Notes under the pieces: model-generated
What the model was told of the DNA's origin: nothing
What the model saw: only the letters and a program-made list of their open reading frames with translations
Database searches by the model: none
In this document: positions 25,437 to 38,497 of the stretch, one piece after another
Layout: every line of letters starts with the position of its first letter
How positions within the stretch are numbered: the first letter of the stretch is position 1
From: Octopus sinensis
Lineage: Eukaryota
Direction: 5' to 3'
Assembly: GCF_006345805.1 (NCBI RefSeq)
Contig: NC_043001.1
Coordinates: 129,332,001-129,396,000 of the forward strand
DNA length: 64,000 nt
Program-made: the position numbers and the translations under genes

Positions 25437-25915
25437 TGTATGTATGTATGTACCTACATACCAACTTACTTACCTATCTATCTGGCTGTCTGTAATCTAT
25501 CTATCTATCTATCTATCTATCTATTTCTATCTATTGATTGGCTTTTTTTCTCCACGATCCCTTTTGATTGAAATTCAACCCACTTTATTTTTCTCTCTTC
25601 TTCTCCCCAAAAAGAAAAACTCTACTTTGTATTTTGTCCCTTCTGTGTTCAGTAATATATATATATTTATATATAAAATGGCTGAAATGTTACATAGGTA
25701 ACTTGTGTGCTAAAAGTTTTGTGAACAGCACTTATCTGAAACTCTCAACTTTTGAGTCATGTTTCTAACTCTTCAGCTAATTAATCCATTGTTGTGTGTG
25801 TGTGATTTTATGCTTAGTTACAATTAAAACAATAAAAGACTGTACTGAAGAATTACTCAATACAGTATGTATTTATTAGTTTTACAAGAAGAGAGATGAC
25901 AGTGACTTCGAATGT

Positions 25916-25953
<38 letters not shown>

Positions 25954-26051
25954 CCTTCTTTCCTGAGCGTCCAATAATACTATATTTGTTCCACGTCCTC
26001 ATGTTGTGTTTTTTTGTGCTTTCTTGTTTGGATTAACTTTATATATATATA

Positions 26052-26446
26052 GGTGCAGGAGTGGCTGTGTGGTAAGTAGCCTGCTAACCAACCACATGGT
26101 TCCGGGTTCAGTCCCACTGCGTGGCATCTTGGGCAAGTGTCTTCTACTATAGCCCCGGGCCGACCAATGCCATGTGAGTGGATTTGGTAGCCGGAAACTG
26201 AAAGAAGCCTGTCGTATATATGTATATATATATTATATATATGTGTTTGTGTGCCTGTGCTTGTCCCCCTAGCATTGCTTGACAACCGATGCTGGTGTGT
26301 TTACGTCCCCATCACTTAACGGTTCGACAAAAGAGGCCGATAGAATAAGTACTGGGTTTACAAAGAATAAGTCCTGGGGTCGATTTGCTCAACTAAAGGC
26401 AGTGCTCCAGCATGGCCACAGTCAAATGACTGAAACAAGTAAAAGA

Positions 26447-26448
<2 letters not shown>
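26052..26448 (+). mobile_element. SINE family A, full length
   Basis: Full match to 2642-3055. Confidence 0.85.
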
Positions 26449-26481
<33 letters not shown>

Positions 26482-26533
26482 CAGTTTGCCTGTTTCACCC
26501 AAAAAGAAAACTATAATTGTCACTAAATGTGAC

Positions 26534-26751
26534 TAGGGTGTTAGAAACACCTACATTGATTGCTAGAAATAAAAGCTAAAATGTTCCAGTGCTGAAGTCA
26601 AAGCATGTAATTGTTTACCTATATACTGACAGGGCTATCTTGGATGATTATAGCCCCTGTCAGTATATATGTATACAATTATGTGCTTTGACTTCAGCAT
26701 TAGAGAATTTTAGCTCTTATTTCTAGCAATGTAGGTGTTTCTAACACCCTA
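26534..26751. repeat. Foldback element with ~103 bp inverted arms and an 11 nt loop
   Basis: TAGGGTGTTAGAAACACCTACATTG..CTGACAGGGCTAT mirrored by ATAGCCCCTGTCAG..CAATGTAGGTGTTTCTAACACCCTA. Confidence 0.88.
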
Positions 26752-27115
26752 ACCACGTTCAATGATGATTGTATGTGTGTGTGTGTGTATGTATGTATGC
26801 ATGTGTATATATATATATATAGATAGATAGATAGATATATACATACATACATACATATATATATATATAGATATATATACATACATATATTACATATATA
26901 TATATATATATATATACATACATATATACATACATATATACATACATATATAATATATATATATATAGACATTATATACATATATACATACATATATATA
27001 TATATATATATATTATATTATATATATATATATGTGTGTATATTGGCAGGGCTTACTGCTAGGAAGCAGTAATTTAATTTATCTCCCTCATTATTTAAAT
27101 AATATATATAGTTAG

Positions 27116-27197
<82 letters not shown>

Positions 27198-27879
27198 GTG
27201 TGAGAGAAAATGAAGTGCATGCACCCATGCTCACACACACGCACAAAGGAACTTGGGTGGGCAAACGAAAGGAAAAGTACTCTAAACGTGTAGCTCAGCG
27301 TATTTATTTGATCATGGCTGGTGATTCATTCTATCATTTCCTCACTTACGTGGATTCCTTCAGGCAATGAGAAACTTGATGTAGCAATGGAAGGAATCAC
27401 CAAAATCAAAGAAATATATATATATATATATGTGTGTGTGTTTGTGTGTCTGTATATACACATATATGAATGTATATATATATATATATGTATGTATATA
27501 TATATACGTGTGTAGCTCTGTGCATAATTCTGTGTATATACAAGTACACTTATTTCCTTGTATCCTTACATTTCCACACTTGCATACAAATTGGTGGAGT
27601 TTATATAAATTATACAACACTGCATGTCGTTCGGAATGCTAAACACTTAACTTGATGAATTATTGCAAGTTGCCTGCATATGACATCTATGAACCCCGTC
27701 TATTAAAGACAAACAGTTATATGCTTAAAAGATAACACACCCTCTAGGAGATATACAGTGTAAAAAAAAATCAAAGAGGCTTTCAATGCAATGGTGAAAG
27801 ATATCTTTCTTGGTGACACCCAGTACGGTCAGACATCAACAACTCATCTATGAGTAAATGAAGATGCCTTCACATTACT

Positions 27880-28230
27880 GGCATGGCTGTGTGGTGAAGA
27901 AGCTTGCTTTCCAACCATGTCACCTTGGGTTCAGTCCCACAGCATGTAGCCTTGGGCAAGTGTCTTCTGCTACACTCCCTGGGCTAGGCAGTGCTTTGTG
28001 AATAATTTGGTTGATGGAAACAGTTTGGAACCCTGGTGTGTGTGCCTTTGTGTTTGGCCCCATCACTCTCTGGTTTTGTTTATGTACCTGGAACTTTGCA
28101 ATTTGGCAAAAGAGACTAATAGAAGTTCCAGGCTTTAAAACAGTTGTACTGGGGTCAATTTGTCCAGCTAGAACCCTTCAAGGTATTACCAAGGCACGGG
28201 CATAGTTCAATGACTAAAACAAGCATGCAA
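27880..28230 (+). mobile_element. SINE family A, strongly diverged
   Basis: GGCTGTGTGG..GGGTTCAGTCCCAC..CCTTGGGCAAGTGTCTTCT..TCAATGACTAAAACAAG. Confidence 0.7.
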
Positions 28231-28415
28231 AAAGAGAAAGAAAAAAAGGGAAATTGAGGGTTGCTGGGTCTGCTAGTATGTGTGTGTGTATATATAATAT
28301 AATATATATATATATATATATGTATGTATATATAATTAGGGTTAAGCAACAGGTTGCTTAACCACATACCGAAAATTTAGAAATAGAGATTAGAAATTTA
28401 GAAATATACATATAT

Positions 28416-28800
28416 CTCTTTTACTCTCTTTTACTTGTTTCAGTCATTTGACTGTGGCCATGCTGGAGCACCGCCTTTAATCGAGCAACTCGACCCCGGG
28501 ACTTATTCTTGTAATCCCAGTTCTTGTACTTATCGATCGGTCTCTTTTGCCGAACCACTAAGTAACGGGGACATAAACACACCAGCATCGGTTGTCAAGC
28601 ATGCTAGGGGGACAAACACAGACACACAAACTATATAATATATATATATACATACATATATACGACGGGCTTCTTTCAGTCTCCATCTTTCAGCCCGAGA
28701 CTACAGTAGAAGACACTTGCCAAGGTGTCACGCAGTGGGACTGAACCCGGAACCATGTGGTTGGTAAACAAGCTACTTACCACACAGCCACTCCTGCACC
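28416..28800 (-). mobile_element. SINE family A with internal deletion
   Basis: Reverse-complement match; about 30 bp missing near 28690. Confidence 0.85.
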
Positions 28801-28823
28801 TATATATATAATATATATAATAA

Positions 28824-28862
<39 letters not shown>

Positions 28863-29019
28863 GTGAATAGAAAAGATGAATAATCTTGTAGTAGATTAAT
28901 CAAAAGTTTAACCGATACCTTAGTAGCAAAAATCACAGCAGTAAACACACACGGCAAGGTTGGAGGTACAACCATATGGTGTTTGCAACCGTGCTTGTGC
29001 GGATAATTGAAATTAAAAC

Positions 29020-29342
29020 ATTATTGGTGAATTGAAGAAATGGAGCTGAACGCAGATTGAACAGAAATCGTTTTATTTCATTCTTCAGCCACCGGTTCTC
29101 AACATACACTGAAAACACTTTCGCCATGGGCTCTTAGGAGCATAGTTTGATTTGTCTTTGCTCCGCCTCTGTTCTGTTTTTGTTTTTCCAACGGATTTCC
29201 TATTTTCTTTCTCTGAAGAGAAAGACACAATATGGTCCCATTATTCAATCGGATTTTGTAATTTGTGCCTTTCGAAACACGTGTAGAATGAAATAAAACG
29301 ATTTCTGTTCAATCTGCGTTCAGCTCCATTTCTTCAATTCAC

Positions 29343-29349
<7 letters not shown>
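29020..29349. mobile_element. Element with a perfect 65 bp inverted repeat around a 200 bp spacer
   Basis: 29020-29084 is the exact reverse complement of 29285-29349; (TA)n follows. Confidence 0.9.
29204..29293 (+). ncRNA. Type I hammerhead ribozyme, intact core and imperfect stem I
   Basis: CUGAAGA 29213-19; stem II GAAAGACACAA/UUGUGCCUUUC (10 of 11 pairs); GAAA 29274-77; ACACGUGU palindrome; GUA triplet with A29285; stem I needs one extra U and has a U-U mismatch. Confidence 0.55.
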
Positions 29350-29385
<36 letters not shown>

Positions 29386-29432
29386 ATGATGATGATAATG
29401 ATGATGATTATATATATATATAAAAATATAAA

Positions 29433-29598
29433 AATTAGAAAAAAAACACCTTTTATCAATTCAACAATGAAAAAGTTAAATTATACCATTTAGAAAAAAT
29501 TACATCTTACAGAAAAATTAAATATAAGCTAAAAACATATACCAATGATTAAGTAATGTGCAAAATTATTGAATTGATAAAAGGTGGTTTTTTCTAAT
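29433..29598. repeat. Small inverted-repeat element in (TA)n
   Basis: AATTAGAAAAAAAACACCTTTTATCAATTCAA / TTGAATTGATAAAAGGTGGTTTTTTCTAATT; partial relatives at 24410-24560 and 41370-41460. Confidence 0.7.
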
Positions 29599-30560
29599 TT
29601 ATATATATATTATACTTTGTGAAATTTGATTTAGTATTTCTAAATTGAATTTTTCCCTGTAAGTTTGGAATAATATTCCTATATATATATATATATACCA
29701 AGGCCTCTTCCCCATTTCTTTTAGGAGAGAGTTGCCAAAACAAGACACACACCAGGCATTCCATTCATTTCCCAGTTCAAAGGGGTGAGCCCCATTCTAT
29801 GCTCAGGTCAAGGCATAGAACGCAATCCCCAGCATTAGTCCTGCATATGACTATAAACTACATCTGGTTGTGGGATCCTGGGGGTCCTGGTTTTAGGGTT
29901 TGAGGAGTGTAGAACCACCTCTTAACCACTATCATTCCCAGGTCTACTCTGGCCCGGAGTGGTAGTACCTGTAAGGGTCTCAGCTATGGGTTAACTAGCA
30001 AACCCCCTGCAACTGGGGGGTGGGGGGATTGGTAGAATGCAGTTGTCATATTCTCTGCATGGCATAACAAGCGACTAAAAGGGGCAGGAGTGAGGAGACT
30101 GGATATCCTCTCCTCCTAGTAAATCCATATTCCTAAAAAGACAGCAAGACAATTCTGATTGTAATAGTAGCAAACTTTCTCCCAAATCAGTTTTAAAAAG
30201 GAATAGACTGTAGTCTTGGATTTATAATACAAGATGGTCATGGAATACCTTTGATCATTGATTTACTTAACCATGGCTGACCTGGGGCTAAGCAACAGCG
30301 TACTATTACCCTCCAGTTTACATAGAGAAGGCAAGTGGGCTGGTAGAATTATTACTGCATCAGACAACATGCTTAGAAGCATTTCTTCCAATTTTACCTG
30401 AGTTCAAATTCTAACGAGGTCAACACTCTACTTTTCATCATTTTGGGGTTAATAAAATAAATACCAGTTAAGCACTGAAGGCCATATAATCAACTAGCCC
30501 CTTTCTTCAAAATTTCAGGCCCTATGCCTATAGTAGAAAGAATATTACATAGATAAAGAG

Positions 30561-30897
30561 TAAAGACTTCCTTCAGTAATGAATGATCATAGGATTGCAC
30601 CTAGAAAGTTCCCTTCTGGGGCATAAGTCTGGGCAAGGTTGTTTATGGAAGATTAGCAGTTGTCCCTGCATACCAGCTTTCCCTCTTCATGCCACCAATG
30701 TTATCTAAGGGAAAGGTAGAGGCTGATACGGCTTGGTACCAGTGACATCGCAACTCATTTCTATAGCTGAGTGAACTGGAGCAACATGAAATAAAGTGTG
30801 TTGCTCAAGAACACAACATGGAGCCTGGTTTAGAAAAGGAACTCACTACCTCATGATTGTGAGTCCAATGCTCTAACTGCTGAGCCATGTGCCTTCA
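30561..30897 (-). mobile_element. SINE family D
   Basis: Match to 20238-20547. Confidence 0.75.
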
Positions 30898-30984
30898 CAT
30901 TACATAGATAGTTGTTTTTTTTTTTTTTTTTTTTTTACTACCCTCAAGGGGCTAAACACAGAGAGGACAAACAAGGATAGACAA

Positions 30985-31152
30985 ACGGATTAAGTCGACC
31001 CCAGTGCGTAACTGGTACTTAATTTATCGACCCCGAAAGGATGAAAGGCAAAGTCGACCTCGGCGGAATTTGAACTCTGAACGTAACGGCAGATGAAATA
31101 CGGCTACATATTTCGCCTGGCATGCTAATGTTTCTGCTAGCTCGCCGCCTTA
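30985..31152 (-). mobile_element. SINE family B, young copy
   Basis: CpG-rich, least decayed copy (GTCGACCTCGGCGGAATTTGAACTC). Confidence 0.85.
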
Positions 31153-33116
31153 GATTGTGCAAGGGGAACATCATCAATTATATTAAGTTGTCAAACCATT
31201 TGGTGAGTCGTTAGAGTATGAGACGAAATGATTTCTAGTATTTACTATTTGAATTCTGGATCCATTCTCCTCACTACCAAGATTTACTCGGCTTGTTGGC
31301 TTAATCCATCACTCAGTTTAGGACCATCATCTGACACTTGGGTACTTTTAATGGAGTCCACTCTACTACAAGCATTCAGGTTAGTCTGCTCTCGAGTTTG
31401 AGGATACCATCCTCCCTTTTTCAGTACCACCAGTCTAAGAATGGATCTGAAAATAGTCAAAGAGACTGCTCTATTGACTAAGTGATATAAGAAGTAAAAA
31501 GGAATATATTTTTTGCTAGTCTTTCTCATATCTAACAGTAACAGCTAAACTATATTTTGCTTAGGAGGTCTAATACAACAGAAACATGTTCAGAGTTATT
31601 TCCACATTGCCAATGATCAGACCTACTTCTAGGGCATTTTATTTTTAATTAATTTTAACTAATTTAAATTCCAGGCTTCCTCTTTTCTCTTTCTAAGCCC
31701 AAAATAGTCATTAAGATAATGAGGATTTTTTTACTCATTATTATGGGAGATATTTTAATTAATTAAAATTCTTTTCTCAATACATTCATTATGTCAGCAT
31801 TCACTTTACTAACAGTAATAATGGTCTCTCATTTGTGGTGGTATAGACATAAGATGGCTGATGTTGTTATTGTTTAACCCCAGGTCTTAAGATGAAGAGA
31901 GAAGAGTGGATGTAGAAGTGTTGTGAGCATTGTTGTTGGCAAGAGATGTAGAGAGAGAAGATAACAAGAGACAACATAGGAACCAGATGCAGTGATTCAC
32001 TGTGCTGCAAACCAGTCCAACCCATGCCAGAATGTTAAAATGATTATGAACATGATGATGATTTTGATGAGGCGTGAGAAGAGAAGGAAATAGGGGAGTG
32101 TGGAATAAAAATAACAAAAAAATTGAAAAGGGTAAAGAGATGGAAGATATGAATATAACCAGATTTGAACATGCGACTTTTTACTTTTTAAATCTCAGCA
32201 CTTTTGAAACAACTCACTCCAAACTTGTGGAAACAAAGTGTTTTGGAAAAAGCAACACAAAAGGAACATACTGTGTTAGTGTTAGTATGTATGTATGTAT
32301 GTATGTATGTATGTATGTATGTATGTATGTATGTATGTATGTATGTATGTGTGTGTGTGTGTATGTATGCATGTATGTGTGTGTGTATATATATATATGT
32401 ATATATATATGTTTATGTGTATAAATATGAGTGTGTATATATGTATTTGATTAGGATTAAATATAATTACATCAGCAAGATAATGAATACTAAATAAGCA
32501 TAACTATAGCTATATATTTTTATACACACATACACACACACATATTTATCTTATATATAATATGCATATTTATATATTTATCTTATCTCTTATATGTGTG
32601 TGTATGTGATTGTGTATATGTGTATGCATGTGTGTGTGTGTGTGTGTGTGTATATTATATATATATATATATATATATGCATGTATGTATGTATTTATCT
32701 TACATATATCCGATATATGTGTTTGAGTATGTGTGTATGTGTGTGTGTGTGTACAAATACATATTTTAGGCTTATGAATTCTCAGAACATACAGGAAATA
32801 AAACTTCCCAAATGAATTCTAATCAAATGGTTACTAAAATACCAAAAATAGTCTCTTCAGTAAAACAACATCAAACATATTGTCCTTTCATCCAAATGCT
32901 ATATCAACCCTACTGCACACATCTATTGTGAGATGTACTGGGGCAAAATAGCATATAATAGGAAAAGTAAAACATACGAATAACACTAGAACAATGCGAA
33001 ATAAAAACAATTATAGGGATCATATATATATATTTTTTGAAGATATTTTTATTTGAATTTATTCAATTTTGTTTTTGTTCATATGTATAGAACAAAGAGA
33101 GCCAAATGCTTATTGA

Positions 33117-33216
33117 NNNNNNNNNNNNNNNNNNNNNNNNNNNNNNNNNNNNNNNNNNNNNNNNNNNNNNNNNNNNNNNNNNNNNNNNNNNNNNNNNNNN
33201 NNNNNNNNNNNNNNNN
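33117..33216. other. Assembly gap (100 N)
   Basis: Run of exactly 100 N, a placeholder length; true distance and contiguity unknown. Confidence 0.98.
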
Positions 33217-33350
33217 GGCAATCCGAAATAATTCAGCTCTTTATATATATATATATGCACCCATACTATATGTACTACATGTGTGTGTATATTATATATA
33301 TCTATATATATATATATATATATATATATAGATACAATATATATATATAT

Positions 33351-33395
<45 letters not shown>

Positions 33396-33414
33396 TAACA
33401 GAATGAGATAAAAC

Positions 33415-33620
33415 ATAGGCACAAGGGCCTGAATTTTGGGGAGGGGGATAGTCGATTACATTGATCCCAGTACTCAACTGGTACTTAATTTATCGACCCT
33501 GAAAGGATGACAGGTAACGTCAACCTTGGTGCATTTGAACCCAGAACGTAGCAACGGGCGAAATATGGCTAAGCATTTCATCCAGTATACTAACAATTCT
33601 GCGAGCTTCCCACCTTAATA
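33415..33620 (-). mobile_element. SINE family B, full length
   Basis: AGGCACAAGG.CCTGAA.TTTT.. through ..AACAATTCTGCGAGCTT. Confidence 0.8.
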
Positions 33621-33639
33621 ATAATGATAATAATAGTAA

Positions 33640-34870
33640 TAATCATTTCTTTTATTTGCCTCAAGGGTTTACATTAAATAATATTAAAAGACATGCAACA
33701 GCATAGGCAAAAACTGGATGGTACAATGGGTTTTACAGCATGTAAACAATAAATAACAAATAAAATTAAACAAATTTAAATTCCCAATAGGGAAGGTGCT
33801 TTAAGGTCCTCGTGGAAGAACCCACAAAAGCCATAGGTGCCTGATCAACAGGGCAAGAGCTCTTCTTTAATTTTTCATAAGTGTATGCTAAGAATTGGTC
33901 CTTTCACACTGGCCATTCTTCCAACATTCATCCACCTTCCACCAAACTTGCTAGAAGATAACACTTCCCCTGCACCCTCGACTTCCTTTCCAAGTGAAAC
34001 TTGAAGAAGTTGATGAGGGTTTGGCCAAAGAGGAAAGCGTCTGACTTTAGCCCTTTCAGATGAGTCCACCATACTACCTCACTAGACAAATAAAAACTGC
34101 TTGCCCCTCTCAGCCAAAGGAGGGTGGCAGGGCAATCTTCACTATGGATCCAGCTGGTAGCTGGATCCATCCCATATGTGACAGAAGGTGTTTGACATAA
34201 ACCTACAGGTCAGCAATACTCAGGCATTGGACAAAGACGTGCAGAATGGTTTCATCATTCTGGGCACACCTCGGGCAGGCCCAGCTGACTCACTTCTGGG
34301 CCTGTAAAGTTTATCTTGAACAGGAAGTACCCCTTGGTAGCACTGACAAGCAAGGGATTTCTGGAAGTTATCCATAGTCCCAGGCCCCAAAGTTCTCCGA
34401 AACAGACCGGTTAGTTGATCCTCACTGACACCCAGAGTTTCCCCAAGAACGTTGTTGCACTTTTCCTCCACTAGCCCTCTATAGAATGTTAGAGTGGAAC
34501 TACCACCAACTGCATTGCCCACCTGGCAGAGAACTGTGAGCGCTTGATGGCACTTGAGGTGCCAAGTGCCCTTCCTCGGTCTATGCCAAATTCAGGTTTG
34601 CTGCTCAGTCAAAGAGATGAGCTGTAGAAAAGCGAGTCTGACAAATGGTGACTACACCTGTTCACCATCAAGGAAACACTGGCGATGTGCTGTAGCTTGA
34701 GTGCATGTCTGCATATCAGCAACCATGGCATGTCTAGCCCTCCATTCAGTGGCTGTTGGTAGTAGAGCGCCTGACCAGTGGAATGTGCCCCTTCCACAGA
34801 AAGTGGAAGAGTAAGTGCACCAGCTTGGTCAACCAGCAAATGGAGCAAGGGACGATCGTGAAGTGGTAAT
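33640..34870 (-). mobile_element. Tx1/L1-clade LINE, 3' fragment
   Basis: QQPLNGGLDMP; KSLACQCYQGVLPVQDKL; frameshifted ACPRCAQNDETILHVFVQC (CCHC knuckle); EVVWWTHLK..FFKFHL; A-rich 3' end. Confidence 0.8.
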
Positions 34871-34989
34871 AGATGATGGATAATAAGAGTAGTGATGATG
34901 ATAATCATTTCTCATACAGGCACATTTTACTGGGAGGGGGGGTCTAATTAATTACTTCAATCCCAATGCTCAACTTGTATGTGATAGGG

Positions 34990-35870
34990 CTTGTAACAGC
35001 TAATGTTTAAATCTAGTTTTGCAACTAATAGGTTAACTATGGTTAAATTGGTTTCTGTAGGGATACTGTCTCCTTTAAGAATGCTACAACCAAAACCAGT
35101 CTGTTTCAAAGCAAAGGAGACTCTGTGCATGATCATCAATGAACTTGAAAGCCACCTGCCAATTTGTTCCAATGATGGCACACTATTAAAAGTGGCCAGT
35201 GACTTGAAATCCTTTGGGTCCTGTATTACTGGCAGTAAGTAAAACTTCCTGACATACAAGGGACAATCCTGGAGTATATGTAAGAAGGGTTGATGAAAAG
35301 TTCCTGGCTTTGGGTAAAAGAAAATACAGGAGGATCAGTTAGTTATGATTTTATTCAACACATTCCCCTTTTAAATTCACACACATATTGCAGTGGTCCT
35401 TCAGTTTATCTAAGTCCGTAAAAGAACTTGGAAGGTTGGTCCTCCAGCCAGGCCCTTAAAGCCTCTTTGTAACAAGCTTCAGTTCATCCAGGAATCAAAT
35501 ACTTCAAAGTTAACAAGGCTGGCCCTTCCCTGGATATGTACAGAGATCATTCTTTTCAACACAGCCAAAATCTGAACTAAGAAAAGCAGCTTCAAGATCA
35601 CCATGAAAGTGCATATACCAAACTTCTGAAGAGGGCTTTCAAAATATTGAATGGCATGAGTACAAGGCTAGAGATAAGCTACAATGGCAAAATTCCACCC
35701 ATCACTGTCTGCTAATATTACTCAATACAGGGTAGGTTTTGCTGACCACTGTTATCATATGGGATGTTTTATATTTTGGAAACTAATAGAGAACAAAGAC
35801 CACTCAAATACATTGATGTTATTGGCAGACACATCATGAACCTGAAAACAAAGGTAACAGAGAACAGGTA
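34990..35870 (+). mobile_element. RTE-X-like LINE RT fragment, interrupted by a mariner MITE
   Basis: GTLLKVASDLKSFGSCI (compare FKYLGS), YKGQSW, AYTKLLKRAF, GKIPPI, RFADHCY in decayed frames. Confidence 0.65.
35281..35463. mobile_element. Mariner-type MITE, partial
   Basis: Reverse-complement match to 21319-21540; one TIR truncated. Confidence 0.75.
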
Positions 35871-35929
35871 TTCCTGATGCAGCTTTGTAAGATGCCTCTT
35901 AGTTGCAGCCACTTGAAGGATTTATATAT

Positions 35930-36285
35930 CTTTTATCTTCCACTAGTTTAAGTCATTAGACTGCAGCTATGCTCCAGCATGGACTTGGAGATTTTATTTT
36001 TAGTCAGATGAATCAAGCCCAGTACTTATTCCTCTTTTTTTTTAAAGCCTGGTACTTAATCTCTCGGTCTCTTATGCCAAATTGCTAAGTTTACAGATGT
36101 AAACACACCAGCACTGGTTGTCAAGCAGTGGCAGGGGACAAGCATAGACACAAAGGTACATGCACACACACACATAATGAGCTAGCCCAAGGTTATAGTA
36201 GAAGACACTCGCCAAACATGTCATACAGTAGGACTGAACTCAAAACCATGTGGTTCGGAAGCAAGCTCCTTACCACACAGCCACA
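35930..36285 (-). mobile_element. SINE family A, strongly diverged
   Basis: GTAAACACACCAGCACTGGTTGTCAAGC..GTAGAAGACACT..ACCACACAGCCAC. Confidence 0.7.
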
Positions 36286-36466
36286 CTGTTATATATGCAC
36301 ACACACGCACACACATATATATACCCGCACATATAAATATATACACATACATATGGTCATACATACTTACATATACATAATGGCATGAGTACAAAACTGT
36401 GTATCTATTTTTATAAGTAACACATATATTTATATATGTATATGCATACATACATACATACATACA

Positions 36467-36502
<36 letters not shown>

Positions 36503-36595
36503 TGATGTGTCTGTATGTGTGCATTTATATGAGTGTGTATGTATATGTAGGTACATAACCACAGGCATATATTGCATATATACATATACATGCAT

Positions 36596-36626
<31 letters not shown>

Positions 36627-37271
36627 CATATATAAATATATATATATAGAGAATGAGAGAGAGAAAGAGAGACAGACAGACAGAGAGAGAGAAAGAAAGA
36701 GAAATAAGAAATACATTTATTAATAAGTACTTTCACAGACATCATAAGTATGTGTGAGTGTCTGTTCGAACATAGATATGTCCATATACACATATATAGA
36801 TATATACACACACCTAATTATATAAATGTCTACGTCTCTCTCACTCTCTCACTCTTCCTATATTTATGTATATATATATTATATATATATATATATATAT
36901 GCATGAACACACACACACACACATATATGTTAGTTACGTATACACACACGTTTATATACATACACACAAAGCCAGGATGCAAGCGACAGAGAAAGAATGG
37001 TGGGATGGTTCGAGAGTGATATATGGAAATATTCATTCAATTGCTTGTTTATCCATTCTGTTCTATTCAGGAAGTACAAAAGCAGACCAAGAGGAAACGA
37101 TGGTGCAATCTGTACCCTAATGGGCCAAACCGATTGAAGAATTAGTATATAAAAGCTACTTGATTAAAAATTCAAATGTGGCTTATTTATTTGGGACCTA
37201 ATGAATTGTATGAAGGACAACAATGACAAGAACAACAACACTGGCGATGATGGCGGCGGTGGTGGTGGTAA

Positions 37272-37303
<32 letters not shown>

Positions 37304-37507
37304 GTAATAGTTAGTTGTGGTTGGGATGAAAGGGGAAATGGAGAGTTATAGATAGCTCTAAAGGTATGTGTCTGTGCACATATTAAATATATCTGTGTGC
37401 ATAAATTCTTGCATGTGCATATATATACATATATATATATATACACACACATTCATATATACACATACATACATATATATATATATACACACATTCATAT
37501 ATACACA

Positions 37508-37546
<39 letters not shown>

Positions 37547-37810
37547 TTTATATATGAATTGATACAAGTATGTAATATATGTATGAGTGTGTTTATGAAT
37601 CCATATAAATACACACACACACACACACACACATACACACACACACACATCTATATTTATATGAATATATATCTGTGTGTGTGATTGTGTAAAAATGTAT
37701 GCATACATGGAAAAATGTGCATGCATAAAAACATAAGTAGGTGATGAATCTATATATTGAAACACTCACACACATTTGTATGTATGTATGTATGTATGTA
37801 TGTATGTAGT

Positions 37811-38107
37811 GGAGGCACATGACCAAGTGGTTAGGGCAGTGGACTCGTGGTTGAGGGATCACAGGTTCGAATCTCAGACTGGGCGATGTTTATAAGCGAA
37901 ACACATAAGCTCCACGCGGCTCCGGCAGAAGGTAATGGCGAAACTTCTGCTGACTCTTTCGCCACAACTTTCTCTCACTCTTTCCTCTTGCATCTTGCAG
38001 CTCACTTGCAACGGACTGGCATCCCGTCCTGGTGGGGAGCCTATACACCAAGGAAAGTGGGAAACCGGCCCTTATGAGCCAGGCATGGCTCGAGAAGGAA
38101 CAAACAA
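37811..38107 (+). mobile_element. tRNA-derived SINE family C
   Basis: Match to 20886-21177; B-box GGTTCGAATCTC. Confidence 0.85.
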
Positions 38108-38497
38108 TGTATGTACAAGATGCAGGCACAAATGTATTGTTAAGAAGTTTGCTTTAAAACTCAATGGCTTTGGGTTCAGTCCTAGTGTGTGGCATCTTTG
38201 GAAAAATGTCCTTTTTATAGACTCAGGTCAACCACTGCTTTGTCTGGTTTACAGAAAATGCATGGAATCTTGTCATGTGTGTGTGTGTGTGTGTTGCATA
38301 TGCATGTGTGTGTGTCCATATGTATGCAGAAAGAAAAACACAGAGGAAATAACCAAATGTTATAATATACAAATGTCAAAAAACCATAAACAAGATATTA
38401 ATGGTTTACGATGTGTCTAGTGACCTATTTTTAAATTCCATCAAGATTTATTTTTCAAAATGTGGTCATTAAGAAAAAAATCCCATCTAAGGAATTT

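Noticed and set aside
29569-29635. TTGATAA..GAAA in the 29433-29598 family as a hammerhead
   Set aside because: Two core mismatches and no helix III.
30030-30085. GCGACTAAAAGGGG resembling an HDV-like ribozyme 3' end of RTE 5' UTRs
   Set aside because: Could not assemble P1-P3 by hand; resemblance is from memory only.
31284-31529. 81 aa minus-strand ORF with a possible acceptor near 31449
   Set aside because: No homology recognised; splice signals on both strands are equally weak.
33053-33422. ORFs spanning the N run
   Set aside because: Artefact of translating through an assembly gap.
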